A DNA stretch of 60,004 nucleotides from positions 1 through 60,004 of the forward strand of contig JBDHDE010000010.1 of the NCBI GenBank assembly GCA_039591655.1, read 5' to 3'. The notes below the pieces were generated by a model. It worked only from the letters and a program-made list of their open reading frames with translations. It did not search any database and was not told where the DNA came from. Below, one piece after another: positions 50,244-58,156 of this stretch (its first letter is position 1; every line of letters starts with the position of its first letter). The DNA is from Gemmatimonadota bacterium (GTDB taxonomy: Bacteria > Gemmatimonadota > Gemmatimonadetes > Gemmatimonadales > GWC2-71-9). Position numbers and translations under genes: made by a program.

Positions 50244-51529
50244 CCGCAAGGTCGACGTTCGGGGTTCTCCTCGGATTCGTCCTGCTGGCGCGATTAGCCT
50301 CGCAGGCGGATGCCACGGTGGCACCACAGGAGCAGGAGGGCGGGCAGGACAACTGCCGTGCCTGCCACCTGGTGTTGAGTGACGAGCGCCTCTCCAACCC
50401 GGCGCGAGCCTTCCCGAATGACATTCACGCAGCCAGGGGATTCGGCTGCGTGGCCTGTCACGGCGGCGACGCCACGGACCCCGGCCTCGCTTCGATGGAC
50501 CCCGCCAAGGGATTCCTGGCGAAGCCCTCGCGCCAGCAGATCGCCGGGTTCTGTGGCCGCTGCCACTCTGACGCGACCTTGATGCGGCGCTACAACCCGT
50601 CGCTTCGGGTAGACCAGGTGACGGAGTACGCCAGCTCGGTCCATGGTCGGCGCCTCATGGAACTGGGTGATGCGAGGGCGGCGACCTGTGTGAGCTGTCA
50701 CCCGGCGCACTCGATCAGACCGCCGTCCGATCCGCTCTCGAGCGTCAGCCCACTCAATGTGCCGGGCACCTGCGCGCGCTGTCACGCCGACGCCGAGCAC
50801 ATGGAGTCGTACGGCATCGCCACCGATCAACTCGAGCGGTACCAGCGGAGTGTCCATTGGGAGGCCATGTCGGTCGACGGTGACCTGTCGGCCCCCAGCT
50901 GCAATGACTGTCATGGCAACCATGGAGCGGCGCCACCTGGGATCTCGTGGGTCGGGAACGTATGCGGGCAATGCCACAGCGTGATGGCGGACATGTTCGC
51001 CCAAAGTAGGCATGCTCGGACCTTTGCCTTGCTGGGCGTGCCCGGTTGCGCTACCTGCCATAACAACCACGACATCACGCGGGCGAGCGACGAGCTGGTC
51101 GGGCTTGGGGAGGGGGCGTTGTGTGCGAGGTGCCACTCCTCTGCGGACCCCGGTGGCCAGGTGGCCAGCGCGATGCGGAACCTGATCGATTCCCTCTCGA
51201 CGGCGTACCACGAGGCCGACTCGATCCTGGAACGGGCCGAGCAGGCCGGCATGGAGGTGAGCCAGCCGCGGTTCGAGCTCGCCGGGGCGAGCACCGCCCT
51301 GATCAGCGCCCGGGCGGCCGTGCACTCCTTCAACGTGATCGCGGTGAAGGACGAGGTCGAACAAGGGCTGGGGATTGCAGCGACTGCTCATGAGCTTGGG
51401 CTGCAGGCGACGGCCCGTGTCCGGTTCCGCCGCGCCGGACTGGCGGTGTCGGTGGTCATCATCTTGGCGCTGGTGGTGGGACTGGTGCTCAAGATCCGGG
51501 AGCTGGAGCGCAGGGGGACGGCGACCTGA
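50240..51529 (+). CDS. Nonaheme cytochrome c with C-terminal membrane anchor
   Basis: Signal peptide, 9 CXXCH, helical stalk, C-terminal TM ending KIRELE; ATGA overlap. Confidence 0.9.
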   Translation: MTARSTFGVLLGFVLLARLASQADATVAPQEQEGGQDNCRACHLVLSDERLSNPARAFPNDIHAARGFGCVACHGGDATDPGLASMDPAKGFLAKPSRQQIAGFCGRCHSDATLMRRYNPSLRVDQVTEYASSVHGRRLMELGDARAATCVSCHPAHSIRPPSDPLSSVSPLNVPGTCARCHADAEHMESYGIATDQLERYQRSVHWEAMSVDGDLSAPSCNDCHGNHGAAPPGISWVGNVCGQCHSVMADMFAQSRHARTFALLGVPGCATCHNNHDITRASDELVGLGEGALCARCHSSADPGGQVASAMRNLIDSLSTAYHEADSILERAEQAGMEVSQPRFELAGASTALISARAAVHSFNVIAVKDEVEQGLGIAATAHELGLQATARVRFRRAGLAVSVVIILALVVGLVLKIRELERRGTAT

Positions 51530-51543
51530 ACCGAGGGAACCCG

Positions 51544-52026
51544 ATGGCTGAGAATGGGACGGCTGCGACGGCGTCGCGTCGGAGATTCATCGATTGGCTG
51601 CTGAGCAGGACGCTCACGACCTGGTTGCTCAGCACGAGCGTCGGAGGCCTCCTCCTGGCTGTCTTCTATCCCACCGGACGCTACCTGATTCCACCGGCGG
51701 TGGCCGAGCCAGCGTCCGCAAGCGTGACCCTACCGCTCGCCCCAGACGAGATCCAGCCCAACAGCGCTGAGATATTCAAGTTCGGCAGCCGGCCCGGGAT
51801 ACTCGTCCGGACGACAGCAGGCGAGTTCCGAGCGTTCTCCGCCGCGTGTACGCATCTCGGCTGCATTGTCCAATACCGGGGCGATATCGGTCACATCTGG
51901 TGCGCCTGCCACAACGGCCACTTCGACCTCAACGGCCGCAACATCGAGGGTCCGCCGCCGGCCCCACTGGAGGCGTACGCCGTGAACGTGCGGGGTGACC
52001 AGATCGTCGTGAGCAAAGGCGGCTAA
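51544..52026 (+). CDS. Rieske [2Fe-2S] protein of a bc-type complex
   Basis: SRRRF Tat motif, TM, CTHLGC, CACHNG, GPPPAPL. Confidence 0.95.
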   Translation: MAENGTAATASRRRFIDWLLSRTLTTWLLSTSVGGLLLAVFYPTGRYLIPPAVAEPASASVTLPLAPDEIQPNSAEIFKFGSRPGILVRTTAGEFRAFSAACTHLGCIVQYRGDIGHIWCACHNGHFDLNGRNIEGPPPAPLEAYAVNVRGDQIVVSKGG

Positions 52027-52027
52027 C

Positions 52028-53125
52028 GTGAGCCGTTTCCGCCGGTGGGTCCGGAACCTGGAGACATGGCTCGACGAGCGCCTCGACCTCGCGGCATTCA
52101 AGGCGCTCGCGAAGAAGAAAGACGTGCCGGTGCACCGGCACACGGTGTGGTATTACCTGGGCGGGATGACCCTCTTCCTGTTCGTGGTGCAGGTCATCAC
52201 GGGCATCCTGCTGCTGTTCTACTACCGGCCCACCGCCGAGGGGGCCTACGAGTCGGTGCAGTTCCTGATGGCCGAGGTGGAGTTCGGCTGGCTGATTCGC
52301 TCGATCCACTCATGGTCGGCGAACCTCATGATCTTCACGCTGTTCATTCACCTGTTCAGCGTGCTGCTCATGAAGGCGTACCGCCCGCCGCGGGAGATCA
52401 CCTGGTTCTCCGGGGTGGGCCTCATGGGGCTGGCGCTGGCCTTCGGGTTCACCGGCTACCTCCTACCGTGGAACGAGCTGGCCTACTTCGCCACGCGGGT
52501 GGGCACGGAGATTCTCGGTGTGGTGCCGGTCATCGGGACGTTCCTGTTGCGCGTCGCGCGCGGCGGAGACGACGTCTCGGGTGCCACCCTCACGCGGTTC
52601 TACGCGTTCCACGTGGCAGTGCTTCCGTTGCTCATGGTGTTCCTCCTGGGCCTGCATCTGTTCCTGGTGCAGAAGCAGGGGATGAGCGTCCCGCCCGGCA
52701 TCGAGCGGGAAGGCGGGCCGAAGCGCACCATGCCCTTCTTTCCCAACTTTCTGCTGCGGGACTTGGTGGGGTGGCTGACGGCACTGGCGATCCTCGCCGC
52801 CCTGGCCGCGTACATCCCGGCGGAGCTGGGTGAGAAGGCGGACCCGTTCGCCCCGGCGCCGGCGGGGATCAAGCCAGAGTGGTACTTCATGTTCACGTTC
52901 CAGACCCTCAAGTACCTGCCGGCCCACATCCTGGGCATCGAAGGGGAGATCGTGGGGATCCTGGGGTTTGGGCTCGCGGGGGTCTTCCTGCTGCTCATCC
53001 CGGTCCTGGACCGTCCAACGGCCCGCGGCGAGCCCAGCAAGCTGTTCACCTGGATCACCATCGGGATCATCGTCTACATCATCGTCCTGACCTACCTCGG
53101 CTACACGGCGAATCCGACGCAGTAG
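52028..53125 (+). CDS. Cytochrome b (unsplit) with intact Qo motif
   Basis: SIHSW...IHL and AFHV...LHL heme ligands, GYLLPW, IKPEWYF. Confidence 0.95.
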   Translation: MSRFRRWVRNLETWLDERLDLAAFKALAKKKDVPVHRHTVWYYLGGMTLFLFVVQVITGILLLFYYRPTAEGAYESVQFLMAEVEFGWLIRSIHSWSANLMIFTLFIHLFSVLLMKAYRPPREITWFSGVGLMGLALAFGFTGYLLPWNELAYFATRVGTEILGVVPVIGTFLLRVARGGDDVSGATLTRFYAFHVAVLPLLMVFLLGLHLFLVQKQGMSVPPGIEREGGPKRTMPFFPNFLLRDLVGWLTALAILAALAAYIPAELGEKADPFAPAPAGIKPEWYFMFTFQTLKYLPAHILGIEGEIVGILGFGLAGVFLLLIPVLDRPTARGEPSKLFTWITIGIIVYIIVLTYLGYTANPTQ

Positions 53126-53358
53126 GTTCCCGAGGGAGGAAGTCCGCTTCCCCTGGTCCCTGAGGGGTTCATGATACGCCTCGGGGCCGGGAACCAACCT
53201 ACTGCGCCGCAATGGGTTACCGGCCCAATTCCTAAGGCGATCGTGAAGTTTCTCTTAAACTCCCGGCGGAGTATTGCCGGACCGTTCCGCTTTTATTAGA
53301 ACTACCTTCGGATTACGGTAGTGAACGGATGCAATCACTTATAGGAGGGGGGGTGGCC

Positions 53359-54939
53359 GTGAGAGCCAACTCAATGTCCGTCAAACGGCTGCTGGCGGCC
53401 GTCGTGGTGGCCGGGGCCTTCGCCGTGGGCGCCTGTACGGAGGACACCGTCGTCGTGGAGCGTCCGCCGTTCAATCCGGCGCCGGACGCGGCGAGCGGAT
53501 TCCTTGGTTACTACGTAGTTGATACTGTTGCCGGCAGCCAGTCGACGTGCGGTAACTGCCACGCGTCGTTCCAGGCAAACTGGAAAGAGACCATCCACGC
53601 CGATGCGTGGGCCGGCCTGCAGTCCAGCGACCACGCGGCCAGCTACTGCGAGGGCTGCCACGCCATCAGTGAGAACGGCAACGTCGTCGACACCACCGCC
53701 GGCATCAACGCGCTGGACTCGAACGACGTGAACCGGGCGGTCTACTACGACGTGCAGTGCGAGAGCTGCCATGGGCCGGGGACCGCGCACGTGAGTGCGC
53801 CCGACGCCACGCAGCCGCTGGCCTCGATCCTTCCCACGCCGGGCGGCTGCGGCGAGTGCCACGAGGGCACGCACCACCCGTTCGTGGAGCAGTGGGCCGT
53901 GTCGAACCACGCCATCGGCTCCTCGCTCGGCCGCGGCAGTCGCGAGGGCTGCGACGAGTGCCACAGCGGCCAGGGCGCCCTGGTGGAGCAGTTCGGCGAG
54001 AACGGCGTCTACATCGAGAAGGGCGACGGCGAGACCTACCCGATCACCTGCATCGTGTGCCACGATCCGCACGGCGGGCCGTACGACGGCCAGTTGCGCC
54101 GGCCGGTCGAGGGCGAGGCGACCCCCAGGCAACTCTGCATTTCTTGCCACAACCGTCGCACCGTTCCGGAGCCGGGCGGCACCCACGGGGCGCACGGCGC
54201 GCAGGGTGCGGTGGTCCTGGCCGAGAACATCGGCTGGTGGCCCGATGGGCTCGAGTGGACCATAACCGAGCTGGCGCATGAGCACGGCGACACCGACATC
54301 AACCCCCGCCTCTGCGCCACCTGCCACGTGGTGGAAGAGGAGATCGATGACCCGGTCTCGGGTGGGACGGTCCACTCAGTGGGGCACACATTCGAGGCGA
54401 CGCCCTGTCTCGCGACAGATGGCACGCTCACGGATCCCCCCTGCGCCAACGAGCCGTTCGGGGTGTGCGACGGCTGCCATCTGGCGTCTGAGACGAAGAT
54501 GGAGGACCTCGCCGCCGAGCTCACGGGTTACCTCAAGGGACTGTGGGACGACCTCAACGGAGACAATCACATAGATGCGGCCCCGACCGACACCGGCCTG
54601 CTGGTGCGCATCATTGCACAGGAGGGAGTCGACATCCTCAACCTGGAGGACACCGTCCATACGGTGGCCGAGGGCATTCTGTTCAATACGTCGATCTCCT
54701 GGACCCATGACGCAGACTGGTTCTCGGACGGTTACCTGGTGCTCGCGCCGGACGACACGATGCATTTCTCGGCGCACCCGACGGCCGCGGACGGGGTGCA
54801 CAACCCGACGTTCCTGCGGGAGATCCTGAAGGCCTCCCTGTCGATGGGCGCCAGCTTCTACGGCGTCGCGCCGCCGGCGGGCGTGAACCTCGAAGGCCCG
54901 TACACCCTGCCGAGCGTCTGGGCAGCGGATCAGAAGTAG
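53359..54939 (+). CDS. Nonaheme cytochrome c lipoprotein
   Basis: Lipobox AVGAC; 9 CXXCH; C-terminal GVHNP helix; AGGAGG RBS at 53343; start between 53329 and 53374. Confidence 0.88.
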   Translation: MRANSMSVKRLLAAVVVAGAFAVGACTEDTVVVERPPFNPAPDAASGFLGYYVVDTVAGSQSTCGNCHASFQANWKETIHADAWAGLQSSDHAASYCEGCHAISENGNVVDTTAGINALDSNDVNRAVYYDVQCESCHGPGTAHVSAPDATQPLASILPTPGGCGECHEGTHHPFVEQWAVSNHAIGSSLGRGSREGCDECHSGQGALVEQFGENGVYIEKGDGETYPITCIVCHDPHGGPYDGQLRRPVEGEATPRQLCISCHNRRTVPEPGGTHGAHGAQGAVVLAENIGWWPDGLEWTITELAHEHGDTDINPRLCATCHVVEEEIDDPVSGGTVHSVGHTFEATPCLATDGTLTDPPCANEPFGVCDGCHLASETKMEDLAAELTGYLKGLWDDLNGDNHIDAAPTDTGLLVRIIAQEGVDILNLEDTVHTVAEGILFNTSISWTHDADWFSDGYLVLAPDDTMHFSAHPTAADGVHNPTFLREILKASLSMGASFYGVAPPAGVNLEGPYTLPSVWAADQK

Positions 54940-54985
54940 CGGGGTGCCGGCCCACGGGTCGGTGACACAACAGAGCAGTACCGCG

Positions 54986-55011
54986 CCGGCCCCGCCCTCG
55001 GGCGGGGCCGG
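54986..55011 (+). terminator. GC-rich hairpin after the lipoprotein cytochrome gene
   Basis: CCGGCCCCGCCC/GGGCGGGGCCGG perfect inverted repeat with a weak T-tract. Confidence 0.5.
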
Positions 55012-55083
55012 TTGCATATCCAGGCCCGCCGTGCCAATGTTGCAGCGGAGTGGACCGTAAGTCGTTGTCCAGGACCCGTCTAG

Positions 55084-55554
55084 GTGGAGGGTACCGGGCT
55101 GAGCGAGAGGCAAGTGGAAGGAAACGGGTCGGGGGTCGGTTTCAACGAGCTGCTGCTGGGGTCGGTCATCGCGCTGCTCGTGACGGGTGTGGTGCTGTGC
55201 ATCGCGCTCTATGTGCTCCCTAGTGGGCAGCTCGAGATCCCCCAGCTGCAGCCGGCAGTGCGGCTGGTGCGCGAGGCGGACTTCCCGGTGGGAGCGAGCC
55301 GCGTGGTGCGGTGGGGGGAGCGGGTCATTCTGGTGGTGCGGCGCGACGAGCAGAGCTACTTCGCCGTGCAGGGCATCTCGTCCAGCGACGGCTGTATCCT
55401 CCAGTGGGACGAGGCGTCATCGCGCGTGTTCTCCCCCTGCAGCTACGTGGTATACGATGTCCACGGCAACGTGGTTAAGGGCCTCACGACGGCTCCCCTG
55501 GCGCGCTACGGCGTGTTCGTGCGGGACGGCGCCGTTTACGTAACGGAGGGCTAG
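55084..55554 (+). CDS. Rieske-fold protein lacking [2Fe-2S] ligands (pseudo-Rieske)
   Basis: Aligns with the 51544 Rieske: SSSDGC for CTHLGC and SPCS for CACH; YD..G.V..G...APL..Y retained; single TM. Confidence 0.8.
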   Translation: MEGTGLSERQVEGNGSGVGFNELLLGSVIALLVTGVVLCIALYVLPSGQLEIPQLQPAVRLVREADFPVGASRVVRWGERVILVVRRDEQSYFAVQGISSSDGCILQWDEASSRVFSPCSYVVYDVHGNVVKGLTTAPLARYGVFVRDGAVYVTEG

Positions 55555-55555
55555 C

Positions 55556-56899
55556 ATGATCCGCCGCGCCATTACCGCCGCCAAGTCGTGGGTCAGCCAG
55601 ACGTGGGAAGATCTCAAGGCGAGTGCGGACGCGGGGCTGCTCGGCGGCGCCCGGTTTGTGGGCCTGCTCTACGGGCCCATCGACCGCCGGTTGCGGATCG
55701 ATCACGCGCTCAAGAAGGCGCTGCGCTATCGGCTGGATCCGCACGTCGGATGGCGCCACGCATTCGGCGGCATCACCTACGTGCTCTTCATCGTGTTGGT
55801 GGTGACGGGCGTCCTGCTGGCCGTCTACTATCGGCCCTCGGCGCAGGAAGCCTACCCCAGTGTGCAGCACATAGTCACGAACGTCTCCTTCGGGTGGCTG
55901 ATCCGAGACATGCACGTCTGGGCCGCCAGCCTGATCGTGATCGCCACGCTGGCGCATATGGCGCGGGTGCTCATCGAGGCGTCTTACAAGCCGCCGCGGG
56001 AGACCAACTGGACCGTTGGGCTCCTGCTGCTGTTCGTCGTGCTCGCCTTCGGCGCGAGCGGCTACCTCCTGCCGTGGGACCAGTGGGCCTATTGGACGGT
56101 GACGGAGGTGATGGTTGCCATCGAGGGCTACCCGGTGGGCGGCAGCGTCATCGCCGGAGCGTTGATGGGTGACGTGATCGTGTCCGGGGCGACCCTCAGC
56201 AGGTTCTTCTCGCTCCACGTGATCCTGCTGCCGTGGATATCGCTGGCGCTCTTGGCTTATCACTTCACGCTCGTCCGGCGGCGCGGGATTGCCCCGCCGG
56301 TGGAGGCGGAAGAGGGCCAGGCACCCTGGCGCATCAGCTCGGTGGAGATGAGGCAGGAAGCCCTCGAGCCGGAGCAGCCGGAGGGCACGCCTTTCTTCCC
56401 GAACCACCTACTCCGCTCTTTCATCGTCACGGTGCTCGTCCTGGCGCTAACGGTGTCGCTCGCCGTGCTCTTTCCGCGGCCGATAGGAGCACCAGCCGAT
56501 CCGAGCACGGTGCCAGACGAGCTGGTGTCGACCTGGGTGCCCGTGGACGTGTCGCTGGCGCTGCTGCGATTCCTGGGGATTTGGGGGTTCGTGGCCTTCA
56601 CGCTGCTGGGAGTCGCCCTGTTCCTCCTGCCGCTGTTTGACCGGCGCCCCGAGCGGCGGCTGCGGAAGCGGCCCGTGGTGCTGGCAATCGGCTTGGCATT
56701 CTATCTCGGTTACATAGTGGCGTGGATCGCCGGGCGGCAGATCGGCTCGCTACCACCGTCGGCCGACCTGGGGCGCGAGCTGCGGGAGGAACGCGTGCTG
56801 CCGGTGGAGCGGGGGGAACCGCTGCCCAGGATCGGACCCACGCCAATACGGCCACAGCCGCGTCCGGACACGGCCGCTCCGGGTGGAGGGGCAGAATGA
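55556..56899 (+). CDS. Second cytochrome b with heme ligands but degenerate Qo motif
   Basis: DMHVW...AHM and SLHV...YHF, GYLLPW, PFFPN; LVSTWV at the PEWY position. Confidence 0.92.
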   Translation: MIRRAITAAKSWVSQTWEDLKASADAGLLGGARFVGLLYGPIDRRLRIDHALKKALRYRLDPHVGWRHAFGGITYVLFIVLVVTGVLLAVYYRPSAQEAYPSVQHIVTNVSFGWLIRDMHVWAASLIVIATLAHMARVLIEASYKPPRETNWTVGLLLLFVVLAFGASGYLLPWDQWAYWTVTEVMVAIEGYPVGGSVIAGALMGDVIVSGATLSRFFSLHVILLPWISLALLAYHFTLVRRRGIAPPVEAEEGQAPWRISSVEMRQEALEPEQPEGTPFFPNHLLRSFIVTVLVLALTVSLAVLFPRPIGAPADPSTVPDELVSTWVPVDVSLALLRFLGIWGFVAFTLLGVALFLLPLFDRRPERRLRKRPVVLAIGLAFYLGYIVAWIAGRQIGSLPPSADLGRELREERVLPVERGEPLPRIGPTPIRPQPRPDTAAPGGGAE

Positions 56900-58146
56900 G
56901 GTGGGCACCGGCGATCACGGTAGTAGCGCTGGCGATCGTCGTGGTGCTCCCATCGGGGACCGCGGCGCAGGGGTCCGCGCGTGTCGAGCCACCAACTGCT
57001 GCGGTGCAGCAGCAGCGCACGGCATACGGCTGCGTGATCTGCCACGCCGACAAGCGGCGTTCATTCGGCGTTGGCGTGCACGCCGACAGGGGAATCCGGT
57101 GCCACGATTGCCATGGCGGTGACACTACGGCCTACGAGACGGCCGCTGCGCACCGGGGACGGTTCCTCGGAACCCCCACCAAGCTGCAGACCGTCGAGCT
57201 GTGCAGCACGTGTCACGCCGACCCGAACCAGATGCGCCAGTACGGGCTGGCGGCGGACCAACTGGCCGAGTTCCGCACCAGCCGCCACGGCCAGCTCCTA
57301 CTGGAGCAGCGCAGCAGCGACGCGCCCACCTGCACCGATTGCCACAACGCCCATCTGATCCTGCCGCCGGACGACGCGCGCAGCGAGGTCCACCCGACGA
57401 ACATCCCGGCTACCTGCGGGCGGTGCCACGAGGACCGCCAGCTCATGGCTCGGTACGGCATCCCGACGGATCAGTTCGATCGCTACCGTGCAGGAGCGCA
57501 CGGCGTTGGTGTGTTCGAGAGGCAGAACTTCGCTGCACCCACGTGCATTGGTTGCCACGGCTCCCACGCGGCGCTCCCGCCAGCCGTCACGCAGATCGCC
57601 GACGTGTGCGGCCACTGCCACGTGAACTTGGAGCGTGCTCTCCATGAAGGACCGCACGGGGCGCCCGCGCGGGACGGGAGCATGCCGGGGTGTCTCGCCT
57701 GCCACAGCAACCACGGAACGGCGAGGACGGCGCCGGACCAGATCGCTGCCCTGTGTGCCGGTTGCCATGAGGCCGAGAGCGGTCCCGCCCTGATGGGCGT
57801 CGAGATTCAGGAGCGGGTGCTGCGTGCCACGGAGGAGCTCGACCACGCCGCAGAGGCCATCGAGGAACTGGTGGCCATGGGCCATCAGGTGGAGGACGAC
57901 CGCTTCCGCCACCAGGCCGCCCTGACGGAGTACTACCAGATCGCCTTGGTGCAACATAGCCTGGACCTGGAGCACCTCGAGGACCTGGGGCTCAGGGTCC
58001 GGTCGAATACCGGCATCATCCGGTCGACTGCGGAGACGATTGCCGAGGAGCGATGGGAGCACAAGCTGCTGCTGATTCCAGTCTGGTTCCTCGCGCTCTC
58101 GGCCGTCGCACTGGCGTGGTTCAAGCTGCGGGAGCTGGGAAAGTAG
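56896..58146 (+). CDS. Nonaheme cytochrome c with C-terminal anchor (paralog of 50240-51529)
   Basis: 9 CXXCH with similar spacing; C-terminal TM ending KLRELGK; ATGA overlap. Confidence 0.9.
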   Translation: MRWAPAITVVALAIVVVLPSGTAAQGSARVEPPTAAVQQQRTAYGCVICHADKRRSFGVGVHADRGIRCHDCHGGDTTAYETAAAHRGRFLGTPTKLQTVELCSTCHADPNQMRQYGLAADQLAEFRTSRHGQLLLEQRSSDAPTCTDCHNAHLILPPDDARSEVHPTNIPATCGRCHEDRQLMARYGIPTDQFDRYRAGAHGVGVFERQNFAAPTCIGCHGSHAALPPAVTQIADVCGHCHVNLERALHEGPHGAPARDGSMPGCLACHSNHGTARTAPDQIAALCAGCHEAESGPALMGVEIQERVLRATEELDHAAEAIEELVAMGHQVEDDRFRHQAALTEYYQIALVQHSLDLEHLEDLGLRVRSNTGIIRSTAETIAEERWEHKLLLIPVWFLALSAVALAWFKLRELGK

Positions 58147-58156
58147 GCGCGCCGCC

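Noticed and set aside
53241..53258. Rex-like operator TCGTGAAGTTTCTCTTAA
   Set aside because: The right half-site matches poorly, so it cannot be supported without a genome-wide motif model.
53359..54939. Calling the nonaheme lipoprotein NrfA, ONR or HAO
   Set aside because: No CXXCK catalytic motif, and the heme count does not match; only the C-terminal GVHN helix is reminiscent.
55084..55554. Pseudogene interpretation of the second Rieske gene
   Set aside because: No stops or frameshifts. The changes hit all four ligand positions while the disulfide Cys, fold motifs and tight spacing to cytochrome b remain.
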